This document shows, piece by piece, positions 52,426-64,000 of a stretch of DNA of 64,000 bases. Source of the DNA: Octopus vulgaris (lineage: Eukaryota). Position 1 is the stretch's first letter; every line of letters starts with the position of its first letter. Below the pieces are notes generated by a model. It was not told the origin of the DNA. It searched no databases and worked only from the letters and a program-made list of their open reading frames with translations. The stretch is from NCBI GenBank assembly GCA_951406725.2, contig OX597830.1, forward strand, positions 75,950,001 through 76,014,000, read 5' to 3'. The position numbers and the translations under genes are program-made.

Positions 52426-53503
52426 ATATTAAATGACACCGTAACTTTAAATGAGAGGGTAAGTGAAGGTAAATGATGGTAAGTAGTGTTTAGTGATAGT
52501 ACAAAACCTCAAATAAACTTAAATGATAATCCTGCATTTTAAAAATGACAGTTGCCGAGCTTATATACTGCTGCTTAAGCTGTGCAATACTCCATTCCTA
52601 ATTTCATTGTATACTCAAATCTGTGTTAAGTCGTGTGTACAACGTGTGTACACCTGGACATTGCTTTGCTCGTGAACCCGTAATGCTATTGGGACAGTCT
52701 TGTGTGCCCACAATACAGCACTCCATAAGCTGTTTATGATTCTCAGAATCCTGCAAATGACCCTCGTAATTTCATTAATGTATGTGGTTTAATCTAATCT
52801 GTGTAGCACTCCATTAATCCGTAAACCTTGCTTGTGTTCAGCCCATCTTTGTATGCTGTGTAGAATCATATGTGTAACAACATAACAAGATGTTCATCAT
52901 GTGACTCAGATGTGTTTTTCTCTCTTTCTCTCTCTCTCTCTCTGTCTCTCTCTCTATGTCTCTCTCTCTCTCCCTCCCTGTGCCTACCAAGAATTCATCT
53001 ATGTACTGTCCAAAGTATATAGTCCACTAAAATATTCTACTCATTTATTAGCCCCATATGAGGGCATAAACGGCTCCAAACTAACAGTGGTATATATTTG
53101 ATTCAACTCATGTTCAGCGGCGCATATTCAGGGAAAAAATTACAATAAAGCATATAACATAGGCCAAACTTCGCTTATAGGATTTGGAGCCAGTTTTCTC
53201 AGACAAAATTTTTGCTAGTTTGTTTTTAAAAGGCATCTTTTATGTATAAAATACAGTATATACAAATATACATATATAAAGTAAGGACAAACGGCATTTA
53301 AAATTTACGATAGTTATTTCGGTAGAATATAATTCATTTAAAGCAGTCATTAAAGCACCTAACTATCTCTGCAGTGCTACGCTTTGATGTGACGTGATTA
53401 TAGTAAATCTACATAATAATACACATACATATACATGCATATATATGTATATTTTTATATATATGTATATGTATATGTATGTATATATATATATATGTAT
53501 ATA

Positions 53504-53607
<104 letters not shown>

Positions 53608-53660
53608 CATATACATATACATATATATAAATATACATATATATGCATATATATATATAT

Positions 53661-53844
53661 ACCAATTAAGGATTGAACACGAAAAGTGGACTGTCAACAT
53701 GCTAGATATAGACGTCAAATCGCCATTCTCCACAAAAGATTATGTTCTTTGATCTGAGAACATAATCTTTTGTGGAGAATGGCAATTTGACGTCTATATC
53801 TAGCATGTTGACTGTCCACTTTTCGTGTTCAGTCCTTAATTGGT
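53661..53844. repeat. Near-perfect fold-back (88 bp arms, 3 mismatches, ~8 nt loop) between (TA)n tracts
   Basis: accaattaaggattgaacacgaaaagtgg... / ...ccacttttcgtgttcagtccttaattggt. Confidence 0.92.
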
Positions 53845-53929
53845 ATATATAAATATTTTAATCTTCGGATTCTTTTTTAATATGCTAGACCACTGGTCTT
53901 AATTGATAAATATCAATTTCTACCCTTAA

Positions 53930-53985
<56 letters not shown>

Positions 53986-54017
53986 GAGCAAAACGATCCC
54001 CGTCCAATGGACGGTGC

Positions 54018-54603
54018 TGAGTTTAGATATGTTTCGGCCAAAGAATGAGTTTAGATATGGTTCGACCAAAAAATGGTCCAAGCCATGTCCAACTGAATAG
54101 CTTCACCTGATGGCATTGGCTTAATCCGTTTTAAGTCAAGTTTTGTGTTATGATGGCCCATTCAAGTAGGGAGTTCTTCTTGAGTGAGTTTTATCCAGGT
54201 ATAGCTGGCTCATCTGGTGTCCCTTGGCAGAGTTTATCCAGATTCTGTTTAAAGGTGATGAGATTTGATTTGCTTTCGGACAATGTTAAATAGGGCAGGG
54301 CCTCTTGAGGAAAAGAAATTGTGTGGCGGCTAATTTGTGTTGTGATCCTGAATAAGGCAGGGGACGTATGGCCCGTGGTCCTAGCATTGGGTGAGCTCTG
54401 AAGCTAATGTTGAGGTCATTTGGGCAATGCTGGTGGTATATTCTCCACATTGTGCACATGATCTATCATCGCTCACCGTGGCGTTGGAGAGAATAGAATT
54501 TCAATGTTTTAAGGCGGTCCCAATAATCGAGATCAGTCATGCTCTAAATTCATTTAGTGAATGCCCTCTGGGGTGATTCAACTTTCGAGAAATGTTTTGT
54601 ATT
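54018..54603 (-). pseudogene. 5'-truncated CR1-group LINE (PDEP-type ORF2 C-terminus)
   Basis: [86 protein letters not shown]; terminal 28-bp duplication at 54018-54073. Confidence 0.85.
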
Positions 54604-54610
54604 ATATATG

Positions 54611-54644
<34 letters not shown>

Positions 54645-54682
54645 TACACATATATATATATAAATAAGTATATATATGCACG

Positions 54683-54781
<99 letters not shown>

Positions 54782-54819
54782 TGCACAGACATGTATATAT
54801 ATATATATTGTTGAGAGAA

Positions 54820-55269
<450 letters not shown>

Positions 55270-55760
55270 GTGAAAAGTGAAAACCACGCTGGTTAATGCT
55301 GATAATAAAATACTTGATCCGACTAACACGAGCACTTAATTAACGGAAATCCATTAAATGGTTGGCAATTATAGAAATACTATGAAACATTTAGGTATCA
55401 AACAATTACGGCAGTCTTCCTGCCAGCTGCGATCACTCTGCACGATACAGAACAGAGGAGATTAGGAAGGGAAAGAATTGCGTCCACTGTTTAGTGAAAT
55501 CCGATTCAAGGGAGGTAATTCAGACAGTTACTAATGTTTGTTCATATATCTGGAAAGCAATATAATGTATAATATAATATAATATAATATAATATAATAT
55601 AATATAATATAATATTGTATTATATAATATAATATAATATAATATATATATATATATTATATTTTATTTTCGTCATTGTACAGCATGTCTAAAAGAAAAA
55701 AAAATTAGCTTTACTAGTGTGGCATGCTTGTCGCAAAATGCTGTCTATATTCCTATATAT

Positions 55761-55804
<44 letters not shown>

Positions 55805-55812
55805 ATAGATAG

Positions 55813-55859
<47 letters not shown>

Positions 55860-55930
55860 TATTAGAGACAAAACCACTATTTTGCAAAACAAACAAGGAA
55901 AGACTTAATCAATACATGTATGTATGTATA

Positions 55931-55991
55931 TTTATTTATTACTTTTGTATGTTTCAGCCTTTAGGTTGTGGCCATGCTAGGGCACCGCCAG
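55931..55991 (-). mobile_element. LINE-derived 3' tail fused to the U6 copy
   Basis: minus strand: ctggcggtgccctagcatggccacaacctaaaggctgaaacatacaaaag-(taaa)n. Confidence 0.85.
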
Positions 55992-56094
55992 AAAAAAAAA
56001 ATATGGAACGTTTCACGAATTTGCGTGTCATCCGTGCGCAGGTGCCATGCTAATCATCTCCGTATCGTTCCAATTTTTATGTACTACCGAAGCA

Positions 56095-56098
<4 letters not shown>
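55992..56098 (-). pseudogene. U6: U6 snRNA retrocopy, near full length
   Basis: GTATTGCTTCGGTAGTACATAAAAATTGGAACGATACGGAGATGATTAGCATGGCACCTGCGCACGGATGACACGCAAATTCGTGAAACGTTCCATA-T10; ACAGAGA box mutated to ACGGAGA; upstream is (TG)n with no PSE/TATA promoter. Confidence 0.95.
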
Positions 56099-56128
<30 letters not shown>

Positions 56129-56216
56129 CAACACACACACACACACACACACACATACATACATACATACATACATACATACATACATACATACATACAT
56201 ACATAGAAAGACACAT

Positions 56217-56267
<51 letters not shown>

Positions 56268-56271
56268 AATA

Positions 56272-56656
56272 CTAGCAGTATCGCCCGGCGTTGCTCAGGT
56301 TTGTAAGGGAAATAACTATAAAGCATTTTTAGAGAGTTATAGCCAAAAAATAGCAAAGAAATGGAAAAAAAATGATGGTAAATTTTTTTTGAGAGTTAAA
56401 AAAGGTCGAGTTGCGTCCCCTAGACAGTCTGTGGTTTGTGTTTCTGATTCTCGACCCCATGTCGAATTTATCGATTTTTTTCAGAACTGGGGGAACTTTT
56501 CAAAATTTCCGCTGCGTTAGTTTTGAATTATGACATTGGGCTATGTGTGTGTCAAGTTTCATCAGAATCGGTTGAAAGCCGTGGTCAGGGTGAGGGTACA
56601 ACCAAACAGACACACAGAAACACACACAGACAAACTGCCGTTTATATAGAGAGAGA
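56272..56656 (-). mobile_element. Non-autonomous Helitron
   Basis: minus strand: TCtctctctatataaacggcag...cctgagcaacgccgggcgatactgCTAG, inserted at A|T. Confidence 0.8.
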
Positions 56657-56947
56657 TTTCTATATTTATATTTATATATATAAAATTCTGTTTTTCTACT
56701 TTATTTTCAATGTTTCTGTTGATGCCGAGTTACCTTTAAAAAACTCAGTTTATCCTCAACGTGTCTTTCGTTGTATCCCTCTTCTGTAGTTATCTCTGAT
56801 GAATTAATATTTCTTTTCGCCTACCCTTACGTGAACATTTTCTCCTGTCATAGTCTCATCTAGCAAAGACAGAATTTTGCAACAAGCATCCCACACTAGT
56901 AAAGGTAATTTTTTTTCTTCTTTTATACATGCTGTACAATGACGAAA

Positions 56948-57321
56948 GTGGAGGCGCAATGGCCCAGTGGTTAGGGCAGCGGACTCGCGGTTGTAGGATC
57001 GCGGTTTCGATTCCCAGACCGGGTGTTGTGAGTGTTTATTGAGCGAAAACACCTAAAAGCTCCACGAGGCTCCGGCAGGGATGGTGGTGATCCCTGCTGT
57101 ACTCTTTCACCACAACTTTCTCTCACTCTTACTTCCTGTTTCTGTTGTACCTGTATTTCAAGGGGCCGGCCTTGTCACTCTCTGTGTCACGCTGAATATC
57201 CCCGAGAACTTCGTTAAGGGTACACGTGTCTGTGGAGTGCTCAGCCACTTACACGTTAATTTCACGAGCAGGCTGTTGCGTTGATCGGAACCCTCGTCGT
57301 CGTAACCGACGGAGTGCTTCC
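56948..57321 (+). mobile_element. SINE family C, 12-bp TSD
   Basis: TSD acaatgacgaaa at 56936-56947 and 57322-57333. Confidence 0.93.
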
Positions 57322-57459
57322 ACAATGACGAAAATAAAATACCTTGTAACTGAGAAATACACGCAAGAAAGATATTCTTAGGATCGTCATTAATGTATCG
57401 TAAATAATGTATATGCAAAGTCGATAGGCAGCTTACTTCAATGTTCGTCATGAGATAGA

Positions 57460-57835
57460 GACGGCGAGCTGGCAGAACCGTTAGCGCGCCGGGCGAAATG
57501 CTTAGCGGATTTCGTCTGCTGCTACGTTCTGAGTTCAAATTCCGCCGAGGTCGACTTTGCCTTTCATCCTTTCGAGGTCGATTAAATAAGTACCAGTTAC
57601 GCACTGGTCTCGATATAATCGACTTAATCCGTTTGTCTGTCTGTCCTTGTTTGTCCCCTCTGTGTTTAGCCCCTTGTGGGTAGTAAAGAAATAGGTATTT
57701 CGTCTGGGTTCAAATTCCGCCGAGGTCGATAAATTAAGTACCAGTTACGCCCTGGGAGCGATGTAATCGACTAAATTCCTTTGTCTGTCCTTGTTTGTCC
57801 CCTCTGTGTGTGGTCCCTTGTGGGCAATAACGAAA
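57460..57835 (+). mobile_element. SINE B with a second, internally deleted body unit
   Basis: junction gaaataggtatttcgtctg at about 57688. Confidence 0.88.
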
Positions 57836-57893
57836 TAAGCGCAAACCTATCGTCAATACTGACTGAAGGGGGTCTTTCCCCTATGTATATATA

Positions 57894-57963
<70 letters not shown>

Positions 57964-59059
57964 GTATTTGTTAACATAGCACTTCCATCTGTTTTTATCT
58001 CTCGATAAAAACCGTGCGTATAACGATTTATTTTTGGTTCACGGATATCAGCACGGATCAGCACAGAACAGTTTCTTAAAGTTATAAACAACAAATAAAC
58101 AAAAGGTATCGACTTCTGTCAGATTAATTAATTCGGGCCTGCTTCTAGCAGCCAAGACACGTTACATAAAAGTACTACCGTGGCCGTCGTTGTCAAAGTG
58201 ATAAAACCCACGATATTAAGACTGTAGTTTCGAAACCTGATACAGTCAGTGCGTGTGTTCTTGTCGCAAAACGCTCCATTTCACGTTGGCCCAGTCCCCT
58301 CAGCTGTAAACGAGTAACCTTGCGATGGACCCGGAAAACAGGGTAGCCGTCCTGACGAGTTTTAGGGTCCAAAACATAACCCCTAGTGATGAAATAGTAC
58401 TGTAGGCCAGGTATCCTATAGAATATTGGTGACATTTTTACTTCATCGCACAAGCCATATATAATCTGAAATTGGGGTCGATAAATAAAGTACCAGTTAC
58501 GCACTGGGCCGATCTAATCGACTTAATCCCTTTGTCTGTCCTTGTTTGTCCCCTCTATGTTTAGCCCCCTTGTGGGCAATAAAGAATTATATGTAATCTG
58601 AAATTACTGCGGAAGGCTTACTCGATTAAAATAATCCCAGTACATGCTTAACACATTAGCATCTAAATTATTCTGTTAAATGTAATGCTTATTTATTCAA
58701 GAGACAGATAGAATAAGTACTAAGCTTACAAAGAATAAGTCCTGGGGTCGATTTGCTCGACTAAAAGCGGTGCTCCAGCATGGCCGCAGTCAAATGATTG
58801 AAACAGGTAATATAGGGTACCAAAAAAAAAGAGAGTCTCTAATTAATAGTGAGTTTACCGGCAGTGGCCCCACGGACAGTTATACAAGGAACTCATTCAC
58901 CAATAAGATCCAAATGAAGGACTCAAGCTGGTTCCGATAAATCCCTCTCTGCCACCACACAGCGACACTGTGTGTACAAAGTGTAAACATCTGTATATAC
59001 ACATAGTACTGAAGTGCAGGCATGGCCGTGTGGTTGTGGGGTAGGAGACTCGTTTTGTA

Positions 59060-59477
59060 ACCTATTTCTTTATTATCCACAAGGGGCTAAACACCGAGGG
59101 GACAAACAAGGACAGACACATGGATTAAGTCGATTACATCGACCCCAGTGCGTAACTGGTACTTTATTTATCGACCCCGAAAGGATGAAAAGCAAAGTCG
59201 ACCTCGGCGGAATTTGAACTCACAACGTAACGCAGACGAAATACCTATTTCTATAATTACCCACAAGGGGCTAAACACAGAGGTGACAAACAAGGACAGA
59301 CATAGGTATTAAGTCGATTACATCGACCCCAGTGCGTAACTGGTACTTAATTTATCGACCCCGAAAGGATGAAAGGCAAAGTCGACCTCGGCGGAATTTG
59401 AACTCACAACGTAACGCAGACGAAATACCGCTAAGCATTTCGCCCGGCGTGCTAACGTTTCTGCCAGCTCGCCGCCT
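59060..59477 (-). mobile_element. SINE B tandem (head plus two bodies)
   Basis: near-identical ~180 bp units; junction cgaaatacctatttc at about 59237. Confidence 0.9.
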
Positions 59478-59643
59478 TCTCGTTTTGTAACCACGTTGTA
59501 CGTGGTTCCTGCTGTGCAAGTGTTTCTGCTGGGGTGGCTGACCAGTTTCTTGAGCGTGAATTTGGTGGGCAGAGGGTGTGTGGACGCCCATGGTGTATAT
59601 ACGTGAGTGTGCGTGTGTTTGTGTTTGTGCTACCTCTATTAGG

Positions 59644-60085
59644 AAGCGCAGAAGTGGCTGTGTTGTAAGCAGCTTGCTTACCAACCACATGGTTCCGGGT
59701 TCATTCCCACTGCGTCGCACCTTGGGCGAGCGTCTTCTGCTATCGCCTCGGGCCGACCGAAGCCTTGTGAGTGTATTTGGTAGACAGAAACTGAAGAAGT
59801 ACGACGTATATATATATATATATGCGTGTGTGTGTGTGTGTGTGTGTGTGTTTGTGTGTGTGTGTTCGTGTGTGTCTATGTTTGTCCGCCCCCTACATCG
59901 CTTGACAACCAATGGTGGTTTGCTTACGTCCCCGTAACTTAGCGGTTCGGCAAAAGAGACCGATAGAACAAGTACTAGGCTTACAAAGAATAAGTCCTGG
60001 GCTCGATTTGCTCGACTAAAGGCTGTGCTCCAGCATGGCCGCAGTCAAATGTCTGAAACAAGTAAAAGAGAGTAAAAGAGAGAGT
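59644..60085 (+). mobile_element. SINE family A, full length, followed by an older 3' half (60088-60275)
   Basis: head, microsatellite and tail present. Confidence 0.9.
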
Positions 60086-60299
60086 AACACTTGACAGACG
60101 GTGCTGGTATATTTACGTCCAAGTATCTTAGCGGTTTGGTGAAAGAAACCATAGAGAAAGTACCGGACGTTATAGAGAAAAGGTGAGTACTTGCTCCGAT
60201 TTGTTCGGCTAAAGCTATCAAGGAAATGCTCCAGAATGTTCGCAGTCCAATGAGTGAAACAAGTAAAACAAAAGAAAAAAGATTAAGTTGCATTCCAGA

Positions 60300-61086
60300 G
60301 GTTCTCAGAATTTTTCAAGAAAGACATTTATTAATTTCAAGTACAAAACACTAAGTGCCCTTTAATCTTCTTCAAAGCAGGATCCCATAACTTCAGTGCA
60401 CTTGTTTTAGCACACCTGCCACTTCGTGAAGGCCCCATGGCAGTCCTCCAAAATGAAGGTTCCAGGACCCTTGCCACAACCTCCTTTGTATTCAAAACGA
60501 CTGCTCCTAATTTTCTCCTTCAGTTTGGGGAATAATCAGAAATCACCGGGAGTGATTAAGGAGGCGATTAAGTGATTAAGGCGGCGAGCTGGCAGAAACG
60601 TTAGCACGCCGAGCGAAATGCTTAGCGGTATTTCGTCTGCCGCTACGTTCTGAGTTCAAATTCCGCCGAGGTCGACTTTGCCTTTCATCCTTTCGTGGTC
60701 AATAAATTAAGTACCAGTTACGCACTGGAGGACGATGTAATCGACTTAATCCGTTTGTCTGTCCTTGTTTGTCCCCTCTATGTTAAGCCCTTTCTGGGTA
60801 GTAAAGAAATAGGTATTTCGTCTGCCGTTATGTTCTGAGTTCAAATTCCACCCAGGTCGACTTTGCCTTTCATCCTTTCGTGGTCAATAAATTAAGTACC
60901 AGTTACGCACTGGGGTCTATCTAATCGACTTAATCCCTTTGTCTGTCCTTCTTTGTACCCTCAATGTTTAGCTCCTTGTGGGCAATAAAGAAATAAGAAA
61001 TCACAGGGAGTAAGGTCTGAACTGTAAGAAGGTTCAGGGGCACGTTTTAATGCCCATCTCTGTCAAGAAGTTTATAACAAGGATAC
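60300..61086 (-). pseudogene. Mariner transposase C-terminal remnant interrupted by SINE B (60578-60995)
   Basis: SILVINFLTEMGIKT..PSYSSDL|TPGDF*LFPKLKEKIRSSRFE..EDCHGAFTKW..NKCTEVMGSCFEED* (YSPDLAP.D motif); SINE TSD agaaatcac(c/a)gggagt at about 60538 and 60996. Confidence 0.85.
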
Positions 61087-61127
61087 TTATCATTGAGCAC
61101 CCTTGAAAAATGCACAAATATTGCGCA

Positions 61128-61595
<468 letters not shown>

Positions 61596-61596
61596 C

Positions 61597-61645
<49 letters not shown>

Positions 61646-62125
61646 ACACACGCACACACACAAAGACAGAATTTTAAACATTTTTTATATAGTATATACA
61701 AAAGCCTTTTGTTTTTATATAAATCAGAAGAAATTGTGTGTATCTATACCATTCTAATATAATGGTAACGACTCCTTAAGAATGATTCTATAATCACTTT
61801 ATACCCGTTTCACCTACTCTTTTCTTTTTATTTACTTATTTTTCTTGAACTTTTTTTGTGGTGGTGGTGGTGGTGGTGGTAGTAGTGGTGGTGGTGGTGG
61901 TAGTAGTGGTGGTGGTGGTGGTGGGACTGATCGTGATGCTGGAATAATCCTATGTATTTTAAATATTATTCTATAACTGTAGGCTTGCATGAGAACTGGG
62001 TCACGTAGTTATTGGGATGAGATTTGTTTCTTTCAGTGATAAATATGGTACGCATGATACATCCCTACATTCATCACTTCAACACTATATATCCAACCAT
62101 GTATATATAATACATATATATATAC

Positions 62126-62158
<33 letters not shown>

Positions 62159-62343
62159 CGTATGTATAAATGTATATATGTGTGTGTGTGTATGTATACT
62201 GTTACTCAGAGTTTCATGTTCCCGTCCGTCAGATAGTTGTGATCGATACTGAATTTAATTGCGATGGTACATATACTATATGTTATGACATGATATGATA
62301 TGATACGATATGGTATAATCCAGTTCAAAGAATAAGCATTTAA

Positions 62344-62480
62344 ATTTGATTGGATTTTCATAACATAACGGTGTGCTTTTCGTTACCAGTTGGTTGGACG
62401 ATTTTAACACTTACCTCACCCACCCAACTAGTAACAAAAACCACACCGTTATGTTTTGAAAATCATGCACCCAATCAAAT
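62344..62480. repeat. Imperfect hairpin (~55 bp arms), MITE-like
   Basis: atttgattgg..cataacggtgtg..gttaccagttgg / ccaactagtaac..cacaccgttatg..ccaatcaaat. Confidence 0.75.
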
Positions 62481-62584
62481 GTATTCGTGGTTAGATCGTA
62501 GGTGATCTACTTCTAGCATATTGGATGTCCACTTAGTGGGAATCCTTTCTTATATGCATGTAATACAATTTTTCTGAACTATCT

Positions 62585-64000
62585 CAACTAGCAGGACTTG
62601 CTACCCTGGTCTCATTAGCTACGGCACTCCCAGTCCGCCACTCAGCGGTTGTTGACAGCAGATCTGACGAGTGGAGCACATCCCTTCCGCAGAAAGCTGA
62701 AGAGCAAGCGCTCCATCTTGGGTCAGCCATGTAGCAGGGCAAGAGATGACGGTCAGATGGTAGTATATGACTGAGGCGATGCATGCATTCGCCATCTTTT
62801 CCCGACCTTTCAGGGACAGCTTCCTCTCAAGCCATTTCTAGGTGAGATTGGCTACCCTGCTCGTCACATCTCCCAGTTCTTGTTCACCTGGAGGTCCGGA
62901 CCAAACCAGACACCAAGTAATTTAACCGGTCCTTCCGTCTAGCGCCCTAGCACGCTGTTGCTTAGCATGGCCCTGCTTCTCCAGGTACCGAACTGCAGGC
63001 CCTCCGACTTGTCCTGATTAATTACCACTTCGTACTCTCTTAAGGTAGAGCCAATCACCAAGATTTCCGAGCTATCCGACGCTATTACGGTGACGTCATC
63101 TGCATAAGCTGACACGAGCCTTCCACATCCTAGATAACGCGGGATACCCTTCGAAACATCCATCTTCTTCAGTAATGGCTCGATAGCAAGCACGTACAGA
63201 AGCGAAGAGAGTGGGTATCTTTGACGGACCGATTGAGCGGTGCTAAACGATTCCGATAGATGGCCGTTTTTATTTTGACCACCGAACAGATGTCGCTATA
63301 CATTGCAGCGATCCAGCCTCCAAGTATTGATAGTCGACCTCGTCGAAAACTTTTGACTAATCCTAATTAATCAGAGTCCCACCCATACCAGGTTCCTTCC
63401 CTTCCCTCTCTATGATGTAGCGCGTGAGGTGGAGGTTATCGTGGATAGATGTGTTCGGAATAGTGCGTGTCTGCGCGTCACCGACAGCTTACCGACGAGA
63501 AGCGCCAATCCCTTGGCTCACACCGTGGCCAAAATCTTATAATCTACATTTAAGAGAGTTATGGGCCTAAAATTATCTATTTGGTCCTCCTTGCTCAGGT
63601 CCTTTCTCGGCAGCACCATTGCAACACGGTTCACAGTATCGGGTATTCTCCCCTTCTGCTGCCAATTGTAGTAGACATTAAGACGGAGAACTGGTAGAAT
63701 TGTTTGCACGCCGGGCGAAATGCTTATCGGTATTTCGTCTGTCTTTACGTTCTGAGTTCAAATTCCGTCGAGGTCGATTTTGCCTTTCATCCTTTCGGGG
63801 TCGATAAATTAAATAGCAGTTGCGTACTGGGATCGATCTAATCTACTGGCCACCTCCCCCAAAATTTCGGGCCTTGTGCCTAGACTAGAAAAGAATTGTA
63901 GTAGACATTCGCCAAGTGATTGATCACCGAACAAGTTTGGCACATGAAGACAAGGCTCGAAGGGTAGACCATCAAGGACCAGAGACCTCTTTTGTGCAGC
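62585..64000 (-). pseudogene. Decayed Tx1/L1-clade LINE ORF2 (reverse transcriptase), running off the window end
   Basis: PGLDGLPF.., NFRPITLLNVDYKILA, LAIEPLL..VSAYADDVTV..INQDKS; many stops and frameshifts. Confidence 0.9.
63680..63893 (+). mobile_element. SINE B (B2 tail) inserted in the Tx1 element, 16-bp TSD
   Basis: TSD aattgtagtagacatt at 63664-63679 and 63894-63909. Confidence 0.93.

Noticed and set aside
54025-54095. Hammerhead in the hairpin-GAAAC motif here and at 6350-6385
   Set aside because: No CTGANGA core; it is the 3' stem-loop of a CR1-group LINE.
55992-56098. Functional U6 gene
   Set aside because: ACAGAGA box mutated, small deletions, no upstream promoter, and fused to a LINE tail.

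Overview
AT-rich, microsatellite-saturated eukaryotic non-coding DNA. The SINE set and composition point to an octopus (cephalopod) genome; this is inferred from recalled OK/OR1/OR2-type SINEs, not from a search. No intact protein-coding gene is supportable, and almost all listed ORFs are microsatellite or SINE translations. The window holds at least four tRNA-SINE families (here A, B, C, E), decayed LINE pieces (CR1-group, an L2/CR1-type RT, Tx1/L1, R4/Dong-like REL elements), two non-autonomous Helitrons, a mariner remnant, MITE-like palindromes, and many Penelope-like (PLE) ends with hammerhead ribozyme (HHR) motifs and fold-back palindromes next to (TA)n. Main observations: (1) one LINE 3' tail (GGCGGTGC..CAGCATGGCCRCAG-hairpin-CTGAAAC) is fused to three different Pol III RNA heads: tRNA (SINE A), 5S rRNA (16691-16789) and a near full-length U6 snRNA (55992-56098). 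The likely donor CR1-type LINE end is also here (40741-40965). (2) A candidate tRNA-headed SINE whose tail is a PLE-type hammerhead (29155-30100). (3) PLE truncation points and fold-back centres repeatedly fall in or next to the HHR. All alignments were done by eye; boundaries are approximate unless a TSD or terminus is quoted.
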